A stretch of 40,118 bases of DNA from positions 1 to 40,118 of the forward strand of contig JBGPNV010000001.1 in assembly GCA_041487695.1 (NCBI GenBank), read 5' to 3'. Position numbers and translations under genes: made by a program. The first letter of the stretch is position 1; the number at the start of each line of letters is the position of its first letter. Shown in pieces: positions 1 to 8,079 of the stretch. Origin of the DNA: Thermoplasmata archaeon (GTDB lineage: Archaea; Thermoplasmatota; DTKX01; DATEUP01). The notes below the pieces were generated by a model, which was not told where the DNA came from, searched no databases, and saw only the letters and a program-made list of their open reading frames with translations.

Positions 1-4
1 CCCT

Positions 5-670
5 TCAAGCCACGGCCATTTCCTGGACGGCGCGCGCCAGGATCCGGACAGGGATTTCCATCCGCTGGCAGACGGCGACGATGCCGTAGGAGTCCGGAGG
101 GATGTTGTATTTCGCGAGCACCTTGCGCACCTTCGCGTCGATTGGGAAGGCATCGAGAAGCAGGATGTCGCGCAGGTAGCAGTCGATCACTTTCGACGAA
201 GACGTTCCAAAGACGTCCTGGAGCGCGGCGCGAGCCACACCGGGGCCCGCCTCCTTGAGCTTCGAGGCGAATGCGTCGAGCGTGAGCCCAGAATTTCCAA
301 GGTGCAGGATCATGCCGCGCAGGAACTTGCCCTGCCAGCCCTTCCGCAGCGGGTAGCAGGCGACGAGCTTCTCGCGCTGGTCGCTCGTGAGCTTGTGGAG
401 GGGCACGCCCATCTCGCCGTAGGTGGACTTGACTTTGGCCCAGACGGTTTTGCGCCGGGCTGCCGGGTGCGGTCCCCAGGTGAGGATCGCGAGGAATCCG
501 TGGTCGGCGTCCAGCTTGCCGTACTCGGCCTCGAGCCAGTTGTCGGCGTATTTGTCCTCGGCATCTTCGGGCACGGCCCGCCACATTTGCGAAATCTTCT
601 CCTCAAGCGGAAACCCGCTGAACTCCCCCACGTTGTGTCCCTCCCTATGCAAGTCCAATACGCTTCTCAA
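5..670 (-). CDS. Hypothetical protein with an HhH-GPD-like (EndoIII/Ogg-like) C-terminal region and no Fe-S Cys cluster
   Basis: Complete ORF of 221 aa from TTG 670. Other in-frame starts are TTG 658/652, GTG 631 and ATG 586. The C-terminal 'FGTSSSKVIDCYLRDILLLDAFPIDAKVRKVLAKYNI' resembles the helix-hairpin-helix plus 'PxDxHV' segment of HhH-GPD glycosylases. It overlaps the stop of the upstream TPR gene (645-647) on the same strand. The function call is by motif resemblance only. Confidence 0.4.
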   Translation of the reverse strand: MRSVLDLHREGHNVGEFSGFPLEEKISQMWRAVPEDAEDKYADNWLEAEYGKLDADHGFLAILTWGPHPAARRKTVWAKVKSTYGEMGVPLHKLTSDQREKLVACYPLRKGWQGKFLRGMILHLGNSGLTLDAFASKLKEAGPGVARAALQDVFGTSSSKVIDCYLRDILLLDAFPIDAKVRKVLAKYNIPPDSYGIVAVCQRMEIPVRILARAVQEMAVA

Positions 671-3600
671 GCTTGACGGCGCAAAGCTCCCGGTCTTCCT
701 TGATCTCCGGCCGCTCGGGGTTCAGCCCCAAGGCCTCGTCGTAGGCCCGAAGCGCATCGGCAAATCGGGCCATGAGTTCAAGGGCTTTGCCCCGGTTGTA
801 GTGTCCGGCCCAGTCCTCGGGGCGCAGCTTGATGGCTTTGTTGAAGCAGAAAAGGGCGTTTTCGACCTCGTTCAAGCGCAGGTGCGCGGCGCCCTTGTTG
901 TTCCACGCCTGGCCGTAGCGGGGGCGGTTCTTTAGCGCGATGTCGAAGCACCGCAGGGCGTGGCGCGCGTCGCCCGCCTGGAGGAGCGCGAGGCCCTTCT
1001 GGTACCACGCCTCGGGCGCCTGGGGCCGGACGACCGTCGCGCGGGTGAAGTAGCGTTCGGCCTCCGAGGGGTCGCCGATACGCAACAGCGCGATCCCGCG
1101 GTTGTACACGATGTCGAAGTCGCGGGGGTCGACATCGTACGCGCGGGAAAGCGCGGCGAGCGCCTCCTCGGGCTTGCCCTCCTCGAGGAGCGCCACACCC
1201 ATTTTGAGCCAGGCGCCCTCGGCCCTTCCGTCAAGGCCCGTCGCCTTGGCGTAGCCTTCGAGGGCTTTGGGCCGGGGCCCCAGTTCGTGGATGATGCCGC
1301 CGAGTTCCTCCCAGCCGCGCGCGTCCTCGCGGTCGCGCAGCAGCGCCTTGTACATGCACCGGGCGCCCTCGTGGTGCTCGCCCAGCGCCGCGAGCGCGCG
1401 GCCCTTGCCGACCCAAGCGTCGCTGTAGCCGGGCTTCAGCTGGAGCGCCGTCTCGAAGGCCGCGGAGGCGTCCTCGTGGCGGTCGATGGCCAAAAGCGCG
1501 TCGCCCTTCACGCGCCACGCGCGCTCGGACTTCGGGTCGACTTCGATTGCCCGCTCGGCAAACTCGAGCGCGTCGTCGACCTTGCCGTCGTCAAGCTCGA
1601 GCTCGCCGCGCTCTTCGAGGGCCACGGCGTCTTCGGGCGCGAGTTTCAGCGCGCCCTCAAAGGCCGCCCTGGCCTCGACCGTCCGGTCGAGCGCCCGCAG
1701 GATGCGGCCGCGCTCCAGATCGTAGGCCTCGACGTGCTCGTCAAGCGCAACCGCGCGGTCGAACGCCTTGAGCGCCTGCTCCTCGCGCTTCATCGCGCGG
1801 AGGATCGCGCCACGCAGCGCCCACCCCTGCGCGTGGCCTTCTTCGAGGCGGAGCGCGCGGTCGACCGCCGCGAGCGCCTCGTCGTACGCGCGCGTCTTGA
1901 GGAGCGACTCGGCCTTGAAGCGCCACGTCTCCGGGTGGTCCGGGTCGAGCCGCAGGGACTGGTTGTACGCGTTGACGGCCTCCTTTTGGATCCCCATGTG
2001 GAAGAGGGAGCGCCCCTTGTTGCGCCACGACGAGGCCGAGTCGGGGTTCAGCGCGATCGCCTTGTCGAAGGCCGTGAAGGCGTCCTCAAATTTCCCGAGC
2101 TTCTGGAGCACGAACCCCAGCATCGTGTAGCCGGGCTCGGAGGCGGGCTGGAGTTCGAGGAGCCGCGCGAGGGCGCCCACCGCCTGCTCGTTCTTCCCGG
2201 CGTCCTTGAGGAGGCGCCCCTTGAGGGCGTAACCCTCGGGTTCCTCCGGGGCCATCTCGATCGCGCGGTCGACGGCCACAAGGGCCTCCTCGAGTTTCTC
2301 CTGCTCTGCGAGGATTTCCGCGCGCTCGCGGAAGGCCTGGTGGTAGCCGTCCTTGAGGGCCGCGGCCTTGTCGATGGACGCAAGGGCGTGGTCATACCGC
2401 TTCATGATATGGAGCGCGCGCCCGCGCTGGTACCACATCGTCTCGTCGTCGGGGTTCTGCTCGACGGCCATCTCGAGCAGGTCGAGGGCCTCTTCGATGC
2501 GGCCGAGTTTCGTGAGGAGGGCGAGTTTGCGCTTCCAGGCAAGTTCGAAGCGCGCGTCGTTCTTCAGCGCCTCGTCGTACTTCTTGACCGCCGCGTCGTC
2601 CTCGTCGAGGTTTTCAAGCGCGAGCCCGAGGTCGCACCAGAGCCCCGCGTTCTTGGGGTCGATCGTGATCGCGTGCTCGAAGGCCTTCTCGGCTTCCTCG
2701 AAGCGCTTGAGGGCATTGAGGACCTGGCCCTTGGCCTGGAGCGCGCCCACGTCCTTGGGCTTGAAGCGCAGGAGCTTGTCGCAGCAGACGACGACCTGCT
2801 CATCCTCGACGAGCGCCTTGTGGCACTCAAGCTTCATGCGCCAGGCATTCTCGAGCTTCGCGTCGAGCGAGAGGGCCACGTCGAGCTGCTTGACCGCGTC
2901 GTCGTACTTCTTGAGCTTGAAGAGGGACTCGCCGAGCCTCAGGTAGACGGGGCCGTCGGCCGCGCCCTGTTCGACAACGCCCTGGTAGCAGTTCGACGCG
3001 CGTTCAAAGTCCGTCTTGTCGAAGTACGCGTCGCCGAGGAAGCGCAGGGCTTGGACGTTCTTCGGGTTGATCCGCAGCACGCGCTCGAAGGCCTCGACGG
3101 CAAGGTGCGGCTTGCCAAGGGAGAGGTAGTTTAGGCCCCGTTCGACCCACGCGTCCTCGTAGGTGGGGAGGACCTCGCAGGCGCGCTCGAGGTTCACCGT
3201 CGCCTCGTCGAACCGTTGGAGTTTGCGCAGAGCCTGGCCCCGCTTGAAGTGCGTCTTGTGGTCTTGCGGGTTGACTTCGAGGGCTTTGTCGTAGCACGCG
3301 ATGAGGTCGGCCGTGCGCCCGAGGCGCGTGAGGATCGCCTCTTTGTGCGACCAGGCCTCCATGTTGTCGTCGTTGAGTTCGAGCGCCCGGGAGAAGGCCG
3401 CGACGGCGTCTTCGTCCATCCCGCGCCGCTCGAGGATGAGCGCGCGGTTGAAGTGGGCCGCCTCGACCGTCGGGTCGATCTCGATAACCTTCTGGAACGC
3501 CTGGAGCGCCTCCTTGAAGCGCCCCATTTTCATGAGGATCTTGCCTTTCTCGAGGAAGATCTCGCCGTCGGCCGGCTCGAGCTGGAGGTACTGCTCGAAG

Positions 3601-6266
3601 CAGCGCAGCGCCTCGCCCTCGTCCGAGAGCTTCAGCGCGCTGATCCCTTTGTTGCGCCATGAGAGCGCGATCTTGGGGTTCACGGCAAGCGCGCGGCCGT
3701 AGGCGTCGCCGGCGCCTGCAAAGTCGTTGAGCCTGAACCGGCAATTGCCCGCCTGGGCCCAGACCTCGACCTTGCGTGGGTCCCGCTTGAGGACCTCCTC
3801 GTAGTTTCGCAGGGCCTCCTTGAAGTCGCCCGTCTGGTAGTACGAGTTGCCGACAAGCTCCCAGAGGTCGATGTTCTCGGCGTCCTTGCGCAGGAGCTCT
3901 TCGTAGACGGCGAGCGCCTGCTTGTGCATGCCGAGGGCCGTCAGCATGGCGCCTTTCCGCCGGAGCGCTTTGAGGTTGTTCGCGTCGAACTTGAGCGCTT
4001 GCGAGTAGCCGTCGAGGGCCTCGCGGTGGTGCTCGAGCTTGTCCTCAAGAAGCGCGAGTTCGAACCAGGCTTCGGGGAGGGAGGGCCGGAGCACGCAAAC
4101 GCGCCGGAAAGCCTCGACGGCTTCCTCGGGCCGTTGCAGGTCGCGCAGCGCGCGCGCTTTGTTGAGCCACGCCTCGGCGTTCTTGGGGTCCTTCTCGATC
4201 TGCTTCTCGTAGACGTTGAGGAGTTCCTTGAGGTTGCCCGTCTTCGAGAGCGCGAACTCCTTGCGCTTCAACGCCTCCGCGTTGTTCGGGTTGAGCTTGA
4301 GGGCCTCGTCGAGAGCGCGGACGGCCTCGTTCCAGCGGCCGAGCTTCTCGTTGACGCCCGCGCGGCGCAGCCACCCGGCTTCGTTCCTGGGGTCGAGGCG
4401 CAGGGAGTCGTCGTACTCTTTGAGCGCCTCGTCGAGCCGGTTAAGGTCTTCGAGGGTCTGCGCGCGCAGGTCGCGGACCTTGGCGTCTTGGGGCGCGAGC
4501 TTGAGGAGGGTAAGGAAGGCGGCCTCCGCCTCGGCGTTCCTGCCCAACTTTCGAAGCGCGACGCCCTTGTTGCGCCACGCGCTCTCGATGCGCGGGTCGA
4601 GCGCGAGCGCCTTGTCGTAGTAGCTGACGGACTCGGGGAACTTCTCGAGCCGGTAGAAGGCGTTGCCCGCGTTGTTGAGCGCCGGCGCGTTGCCGGGGTC
4701 GAGGCGCAGGAGCCGCGCGTAGGCGTCGGCGGCCTGCTGGAAGCGCTCGAAGCCGTAAAGCGCGTTCGCGTACGCCTCGAGCAGCACCTTGTCCTCGGGG
4801 CGCTTCGGGAGCGCCTTCTCGAGGGCGGCCACGGCCTTTTCGGGCTTGCCTGTGCGCGCGTAGGCCACGCCGAGTTCGCCCCACGCATCCTCGAAGCCGG
4901 GGAGAGTGGCGGCTTTCTCGAGCGCAGATACGGCGCCCTGCCAGTCGCCCGACTCGAAGAGGAGCTTGCCGATCTGGTACTGTGTGTCGGCGTCCGAAGG
5001 CTTCACGGCGGCCGCGCGCCGGAAGGACTCAAGGGCCGAGCGCTCGTCGTCGACCTCAAGGAGGCACGTGCCGCGCTGGTAGTGGTAGGAAAACTCCATC
5101 GGGTTGATTTCGGAGGCGCGCCGGAAGGAGTCGGCGGCTTCCGCGAACTTCTTGAGTTTCACGAAGCACTCGCCGCGCTTGCGCAGCGCGTCTTCGTCGG
5201 ACGGGTTGAAGTCAAGCAGGCGCGTGAAATTGTCCGCGGCTTCCTGCCACCGGCCGGCCTCGAACAGCGCGTTGGCGCGGTTGTTCCAGACCTCTTCGCG
5301 CGCGGGGTTGAGCGCAATGGCCCGGTCGTAGGCCGTGATCGCCTCGTTCACGCGGCCGAGGCGCTTGAGCGCGACCCCCTTGTTTACCCAGGCGTCGTCG
5401 TCGTTCGGCCGCAGGTTGATGAGCTTGTCGTAGGTCTCAATGGCCCCCTCGAACTCCCCGAGCTTGAACTGGCAGACGCCGAGGTTGTTCCAGGCCTTGT
5501 CGTAGTCGGGGCGCACGGAGACCGCGCGCTCGAAGGCCGAAGCCGCTTCGCGGAACGTGTTGAGGTTGAGGAGCGCAACACCGAGGTTGTACGCGGCTTC
5601 GGCGTTGCCCCGGTCGAGCTCGACGGCCTCTTGGAAGCACTCGGCCGCCTTCGCGTACTTCTTGAGGTCGTCGTAGGCGGTGCCCTGGTTGAACCACGCG
5701 TTGAAGAGCTTCGGGTCGAGCTGGATGGCCTTCTCGTAGTTCAGGATGGCGTCGTCGAGCTGACCGCCGGCGTAGTAGTAGTTGCCCAGGCGCAGGTAGG
5801 CCTCGGGGTTCGCGAGAAGGCCGTCCGGAGAGTTCTTCTCGACCTCGCGGACCTTCGCCTCGATCGCCTCGAGGACGCCGCGGTCCTTGGAAGAGACCGC
5901 CAGCGAGCCCCCGCGGGCGAAGTCCGCGGCCACACCCATCGAGTTCAGCAGGACGTTGAGCTGGGTGGCGACGTTCTGCAGCTGTTGGGCGTCCATCCCC
6001 TTGATGACCATCGATTCGATTTGCTTGATGGCGTCGCCCGACGACACGAAGCTGACCTTGTCCGCGTAGGAAGCGGCCCCGACGGCAATGCCGCCGGTGG
6101 GCTTTCGCCCCGCGCGAGGCAGCTGCCCGCCTCCAAGGATCGCGCCTTGGCCGCCGATGAGCCGGCTGCCGGGGGCGGCGGCGGCAGGCAGCGGTGTCCC
6201 GCATTGGACGCAGGCTTTGTTTGTGTCAGGGTTGGCCGTGTTGCACTTGGGGCATTGGACGGCCAC
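645..6266 (-). CDS. Giant TPR-repeat protein (1,873 aa) with an N-terminal C4 zinc ribbon
   Basis: GTG start at 6266, TAG stop at 645-647. The N-terminus 'CPKCNTANPDTNKACVQCG' is CxxC-x10-CxxC. From about residue 150 to the end there is an almost uninterrupted array of ~34-aa TPR-like units, with recurrent 'W..kG.AL..LGR..EAl..yd.AL.l.P'. I saw no TM segment. The long plus-strand ORFs across this region are antisense shadows. Confidence 0.9.
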   Translation of the reverse strand: MAVQCPKCNTANPDTNKACVQCGTPLPAAAAPGSRLIGGQGAILGGGQLPRAGRKPTGGIAVGAASYADKVSFVSSGDAIKQIESMVIKGMDAQQLQNVATQLNVLLNSMGVAADFARGGSLAVSSKDRGVLEAIEAKVREVEKNSPDGLLANPEAYLRLGNYYYAGGQLDDAILNYEKAIQLDPKLFNAWFNQGTAYDDLKKYAKAAECFQEAVELDRGNAEAAYNLGVALLNLNTFREAASAFERAVSVRPDYDKAWNNLGVCQFKLGEFEGAIETYDKLINLRPNDDDAWVNKGVALKRLGRVNEAITAYDRAIALNPAREEVWNNRANALFEAGRWQEAADNFTRLLDFNPSDEDALRKRGECFVKLKKFAEAADSFRRASEINPMEFSYHYQRGTCLLEVDDERSALESFRRAAAVKPSDADTQYQIGKLLFESGDWQGAVSALEKAATLPGFEDAWGELGVAYARTGKPEKAVAALEKALPKRPEDKVLLEAYANALYGFERFQQAADAYARLLRLDPGNAPALNNAGNAFYRLEKFPESVSYYDKALALDPRIESAWRNKGVALRKLGRNAEAEAAFLTLLKLAPQDAKVRDLRAQTLEDLNRLDEALKEYDDSLRLDPRNEAGWLRRAGVNEKLGRWNEAVRALDEALKLNPNNAEALKRKEFALSKTGNLKELLNVYEKQIEKDPKNAEAWLNKARALRDLQRPEEAVEAFRRVCVLRPSLPEAWFELALLEDKLEHHREALDGYSQALKFDANNLKALRRKGAMLTALGMHKQALAVYEELLRKDAENIDLWELVGNSYYQTGDFKEALRNYEEVLKRDPRKVEVWAQAGNCRFRLNDFAGAGDAYGRALAVNPKIALSWRNKGISALKLSDEGEALRCFEQYLQLEPADGEIFLEKGKILMKMGRFKEALQAFQKVIEIDPTVEAAHFNRALILERRGMDEDAVAAFSRALELNDDNMEAWSHKEAILTRLGRTADLIACYDKALEVNPQDHKTHFKRGQALRKLQRFDEATVNLERACEVLPTYEDAWVERGLNYLSLGKPHLAVEAFERVLRINPKNVQALRFLGDAYFDKTDFERASNCYQGVVEQGAADGPVYLRLGESLFKLKKYDDAVKQLDVALSLDAKLENAWRMKLECHKALVEDEQVVVCCDKLLRFKPKDVGALQAKGQVLNALKRFEEAEKAFEHAITIDPKNAGLWCDLGLALENLDEDDAAVKKYDEALKNDARFELAWKRKLALLTKLGRIEEALDLLEMAVEQNPDDETMWYQRGRALHIMKRYDHALASIDKAAALKDGYHQAFRERAEILAEQEKLEEALVAVDRAIEMAPEEPEGYALKGRLLKDAGKNEQAVGALARLLELQPASEPGYTMLGFVLQKLGKFEDAFTAFDKAIALNPDSASSWRNKGRSLFHMGIQKEAVNAYNQSLRLDPDHPETWRFKAESLLKTRAYDEALAAVDRALRLEEGHAQGWALRGAILRAMKREEQALKAFDRAVALDEHVEAYDLERGRILRALDRTVEARAAFEGALKLAPEDAVALEERGELELDDGKVDDALEFAERAIEVDPKSERAWRVKGDALLAIDRHEDASAAFETALQLKPGYSDAWVGKGRALAALGEHHEGARCMYKALLRDREDARGWEELGGIIHELGPRPKALEGYAKATGLDGRAEGAWLKMGVALLEEGKPEEALAALSRAYDVDPRDFDIVYNRGIALLRIGDPSEAERYFTRATVVRPQAPEAWYQKGLALLQAGDARHALRCFDIALKNRPRYGQAWNNKGAAHLRLNEVENALFCFNKAIKLRPEDWAGHYNRGKALELMARFADALRAYDEALGLNPERPEIKEDRELCAVKLEKRIGLA

Positions 6267-6306
6267 CGGAAGTCCCCCTAGAAAGCGGGGCGATCATCGG
6301 TCAAGT

Positions 6307-6318
6307 CCTCATATGAGG
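6307..6318. promoter_or_regulatory. Perfect 12-bp palindrome CCTCATATGAGG upstream of the TPR gene
   Basis: Read directly from the sequence. It is centred ~47 nt upstream of GTG 6266. It is the only AT-containing patch in the 113-nt spacer between the Roadblock stop (6380) and the TPR start. It could be a TATA-like element and/or an operator. Confidence 0.35.
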
Positions 6319-6351
6319 CTTGCGGGCACGTGTCGATGGAAAGCCCGGTCA

Positions 6352-6371
6352 TGGCTCACGCTGGCTCACGC
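6352..6371. repeat. Perfect tandem duplication of a 10-mer (TGGCTCACGC x2)
   Basis: Read directly from the sequence. It lies 9 nt downstream of the Roadblock stop codon, in the spacer before the TPR gene. Confidence 0.6.
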
Positions 6372-6379
6372 GGACGTCC

Positions 6380-6754
6380 CTAGAAGAGAGCGGCCAGCTT
6401 ACTCGCGCATTCGTGGAGGTGCCCGCGCGAGCCGTCGGAAAGGTGCCCGCCCTCAATGTGCACCACGAGCACGAGCTTCCGGCCCGCGGCAAGGGCCACG
6501 AGCGCGCCGCCTTTCAAGCGCGCCTCGACCTCAAGGACCTCTTGGCCGATCTCGTGGGTGCCGGCCTCGGCGGCGCCAAACATCGTTGCGGCCATGGCGC
6601 CGAAGAGTTCGCGGCCGGCCGGCGAGGGGCCCTTGCCGGCAAGGACACCGCCGCCGCGGGTGAGGAGCGCAGCCGAGGCGCCAGGCACGGCGGCCTCGAG
6701 GTCGCCAAGGGCCGCCAGGACCGCGGCATCGCGTGTCCCGGTCACTTCGAGCAC
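6380..6754 (-). CDS. Roadblock/LC7 (MglB-like) domain protein
   Basis: This is the tail of ORF 6380..7228. The first usable in-frame start before the conserved core is GTG 6754, with GTG 6745 as an alternative. The 124-aa product '...TGTRDAAVLAALGDLEAAVPGASAALLTRGGGVLAGKG...GALVALAAGRKLVLVVHIEGG...' fits the Roadblock/LC7 pattern. The upstream part of the ORF is an Arg/Pro-rich shadow overlapping the next gene. Confidence 0.7.
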   Translation of the reverse strand: MLEVTGTRDAAVLAALGDLEAAVPGASAALLTRGGGVLAGKGPSPAGRELFGAMAATMFGAAEAGTHEIGQEVLEVEARLKGGALVALAAGRKLVLVVHIEGGHLSDGSRGHLHECASKLAALF

Positions 6755-6805
6755 CTCAAGGAACGGGGAAGCGCGCGCCCCTCGGCTGAAAGGAGCGGAG
6801 TGGGC

Positions 6806-6814
6806 CCTATATCC
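6806..6814 (-). promoter_or_regulatory. TATA-like element (minus strand GGATATAGG) upstream of the Roadblock gene
   Basis: It is the only AT patch in the 95-nt spacer 6755-6849, about 55 nt upstream of GTG 6754. Confidence 0.3.
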
Positions 6815-6849
6815 TTGTTGCCGGGCGGCTTTTCGCAAGGCCGAGAATC

Positions 6850-7512
6850 TCAAGGTGTGTGGGCGTGGCCCGCGTGGCTGCCGATGAGCAGGAGCCGACC
6901 TGAGTCCGTGAGCGTGATCGACGTGATCCCGCGCTCGCCGCGCTCGATCGTGACGACCCCGAGGTCCTCGAGGCCAGGCGGCTCGCGGGCGCTCTTGAGG
7001 TGGCGGACAACGACCGCCTTCTGGAGACCCACCATGAGGGCGAGCCCTTCGAGAGAGGGCACCTTCCCCCCGGCCTTCTGGAGCGCGTCGAGGATGCGGA
7101 ACTTCTCGTCCCCGATGAGCTCGGTGTAGGAAAAGCGCAGGACGGGCATCCGCACCGGCTTGCCGTCGATGATGTGGATCGCGTCGAGGCCGTGGACGAA
7201 CGCGGCCATGAGGAGCGAGCAGCCGCAAAGCGGCGAGCCACCCGCGATATTGGCCTGGATGCGGTCGAAGCGCTTCGACTCCTTCGCCAGGATGTCGGCG
7301 ACGGCCTTCAGCGTCCCCGTGATGATGTCGCCTTCGACCTTTGTGAGCACGGCCTCGATCATGAGCCCCTTGAGCTTCTCCCTCATCGCGTGAGCGGCGG
7401 CTTCCGACTCCGCGTGGTAGAGGAGGTAGACCTTGGAGACGGGGAAATCACGCAGGCCGAGGAGGATGGGGGCCTCGTCGCCGCCCACCGTCACGATCTG
7501 GAGCGATGCCAA
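6850..7512 (-). CDS. Csa3/CARF-like sensor domain fused to a winged-HTH (putative transcriptional regulator)
   Basis: ORF 6850..7701 trimmed to TTG 7512, because the 63 upstream codons are Arg/Pro-rich. The N-terminal half 'LQIVTVGGDEAPILLGLRDFPVSKVYLLYH...IQANIAGGSPLCGCSLLMAAFVHG' looks like the Rossmann-like Csa3/CARF (DUF6293-type) fold. The C-terminal 'DEKFRILDALQKAGGKVPSLEGLALMVGLQKAVVVRHLKSA' is a wHTH. Confidence 0.5.
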   Translation of the reverse strand: MASLQIVTVGGDEAPILLGLRDFPVSKVYLLYHAESEAAAHAMREKLKGLMIEAVLTKVEGDIITGTLKAVADILAKESKRFDRIQANIAGGSPLCGCSLLMAAFVHGLDAIHIIDGKPVRMPVLRFSYTELIGDEKFRILDALQKAGGKVPSLEGLALMVGLQKAVVVRHLKSAREPPGLEDLGVVTIERGERGITSITLTDSGRLLLIGSHAGHAHTP

Positions 7513-7587
7513 CGGCGGGCCACCTTGCGCACTCGAAGCCCGGGGGCGGCAGAAAAACCCTTGCGGGAGAAGTGCCTGGGGGGAGTC

Positions 7588-8079
7588 GTGGCGCCGCGCG
7601 CGTGGACGGTGGGCTACGAGGGGCTCAGCGTGGAGGCGCTCCTCGCGGCGCTCAAGGAGGCGAAGGTCGAGACTGTCGTCGACGTGCGCGAGCGCCCGCA
7701 AAGCCGCAAAGAGGGGTTCTCGAAGCTTGCGCTTTCAAAGGCCGTGGGCGACGCCGGCCTGCACTACGTGCACCTCGGGGCCCTGGGCTCCCCGGCAAGC
7801 GCGCGGGATGCGTTCCGGAAGGACGGCGACTTCGCGAGGCTGCGGCGCGCCTACCTGACCCACCTTAGGAAGCAGTCGGCGGCGATCGAGAATCTCAAGG
7901 GGCTCCTCGCGGGGAGCCCCTGCGCGCTGCTCTGCTACGAGCGCGAGGCCGGGGAGTGCCACCGGGGAATCCTCTGCGGGCAACTCGAGAAAGAGGGCTA
8001 CCTCTTCACGCACCTCGCCCCGCCCCTGCCTCCAAAGCCCGCACGTTCATCTGGCGCAAAGCTGTCCGACTTCGCGTGA
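7588..8079 (+). CDS. DUF488 family protein
   Basis: ORF 7000..8079 trimmed to GTG 7588, with TTG 7561 as an alternative. 'WTVGYEGLSVEALLAALKEAKVETVVDVRERPQSRKEGFSK..L...GL.YVHLGALG' and 'ALLCYEREAGECHRGIL' match the DUF488 signature. The TGA stop at 8077-8079 overlaps the pelota GTG. Confidence 0.75.
   Translation: MAPRAWTVGYEGLSVEALLAALKEAKVETVVDVRERPQSRKEGFSKLALSKAVGDAGLHYVHLGALGSPASARDAFRKDGDFARLRRAYLTHLRKQSAAIENLKGLLAGSPCALLCYEREAGECHRGILCGQLEKEGYLFTHLAPPLPPKPARSSGAKLSDFA

Noticed and set aside
960-6281. Very long plus-strand ORFs (960..3134, 724 aa; 3924..6281, 785 aa) opposite the TPR gene.
   Set aside because: Their translations are low-complexity and rich in Arg/Gly/Leu/Val/Glu, with no motifs. 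They lie exactly antisense to a gene with a clear repeat-domain signal. This is the typical stop-codon-poor shadow frame of GC-rich DNA.
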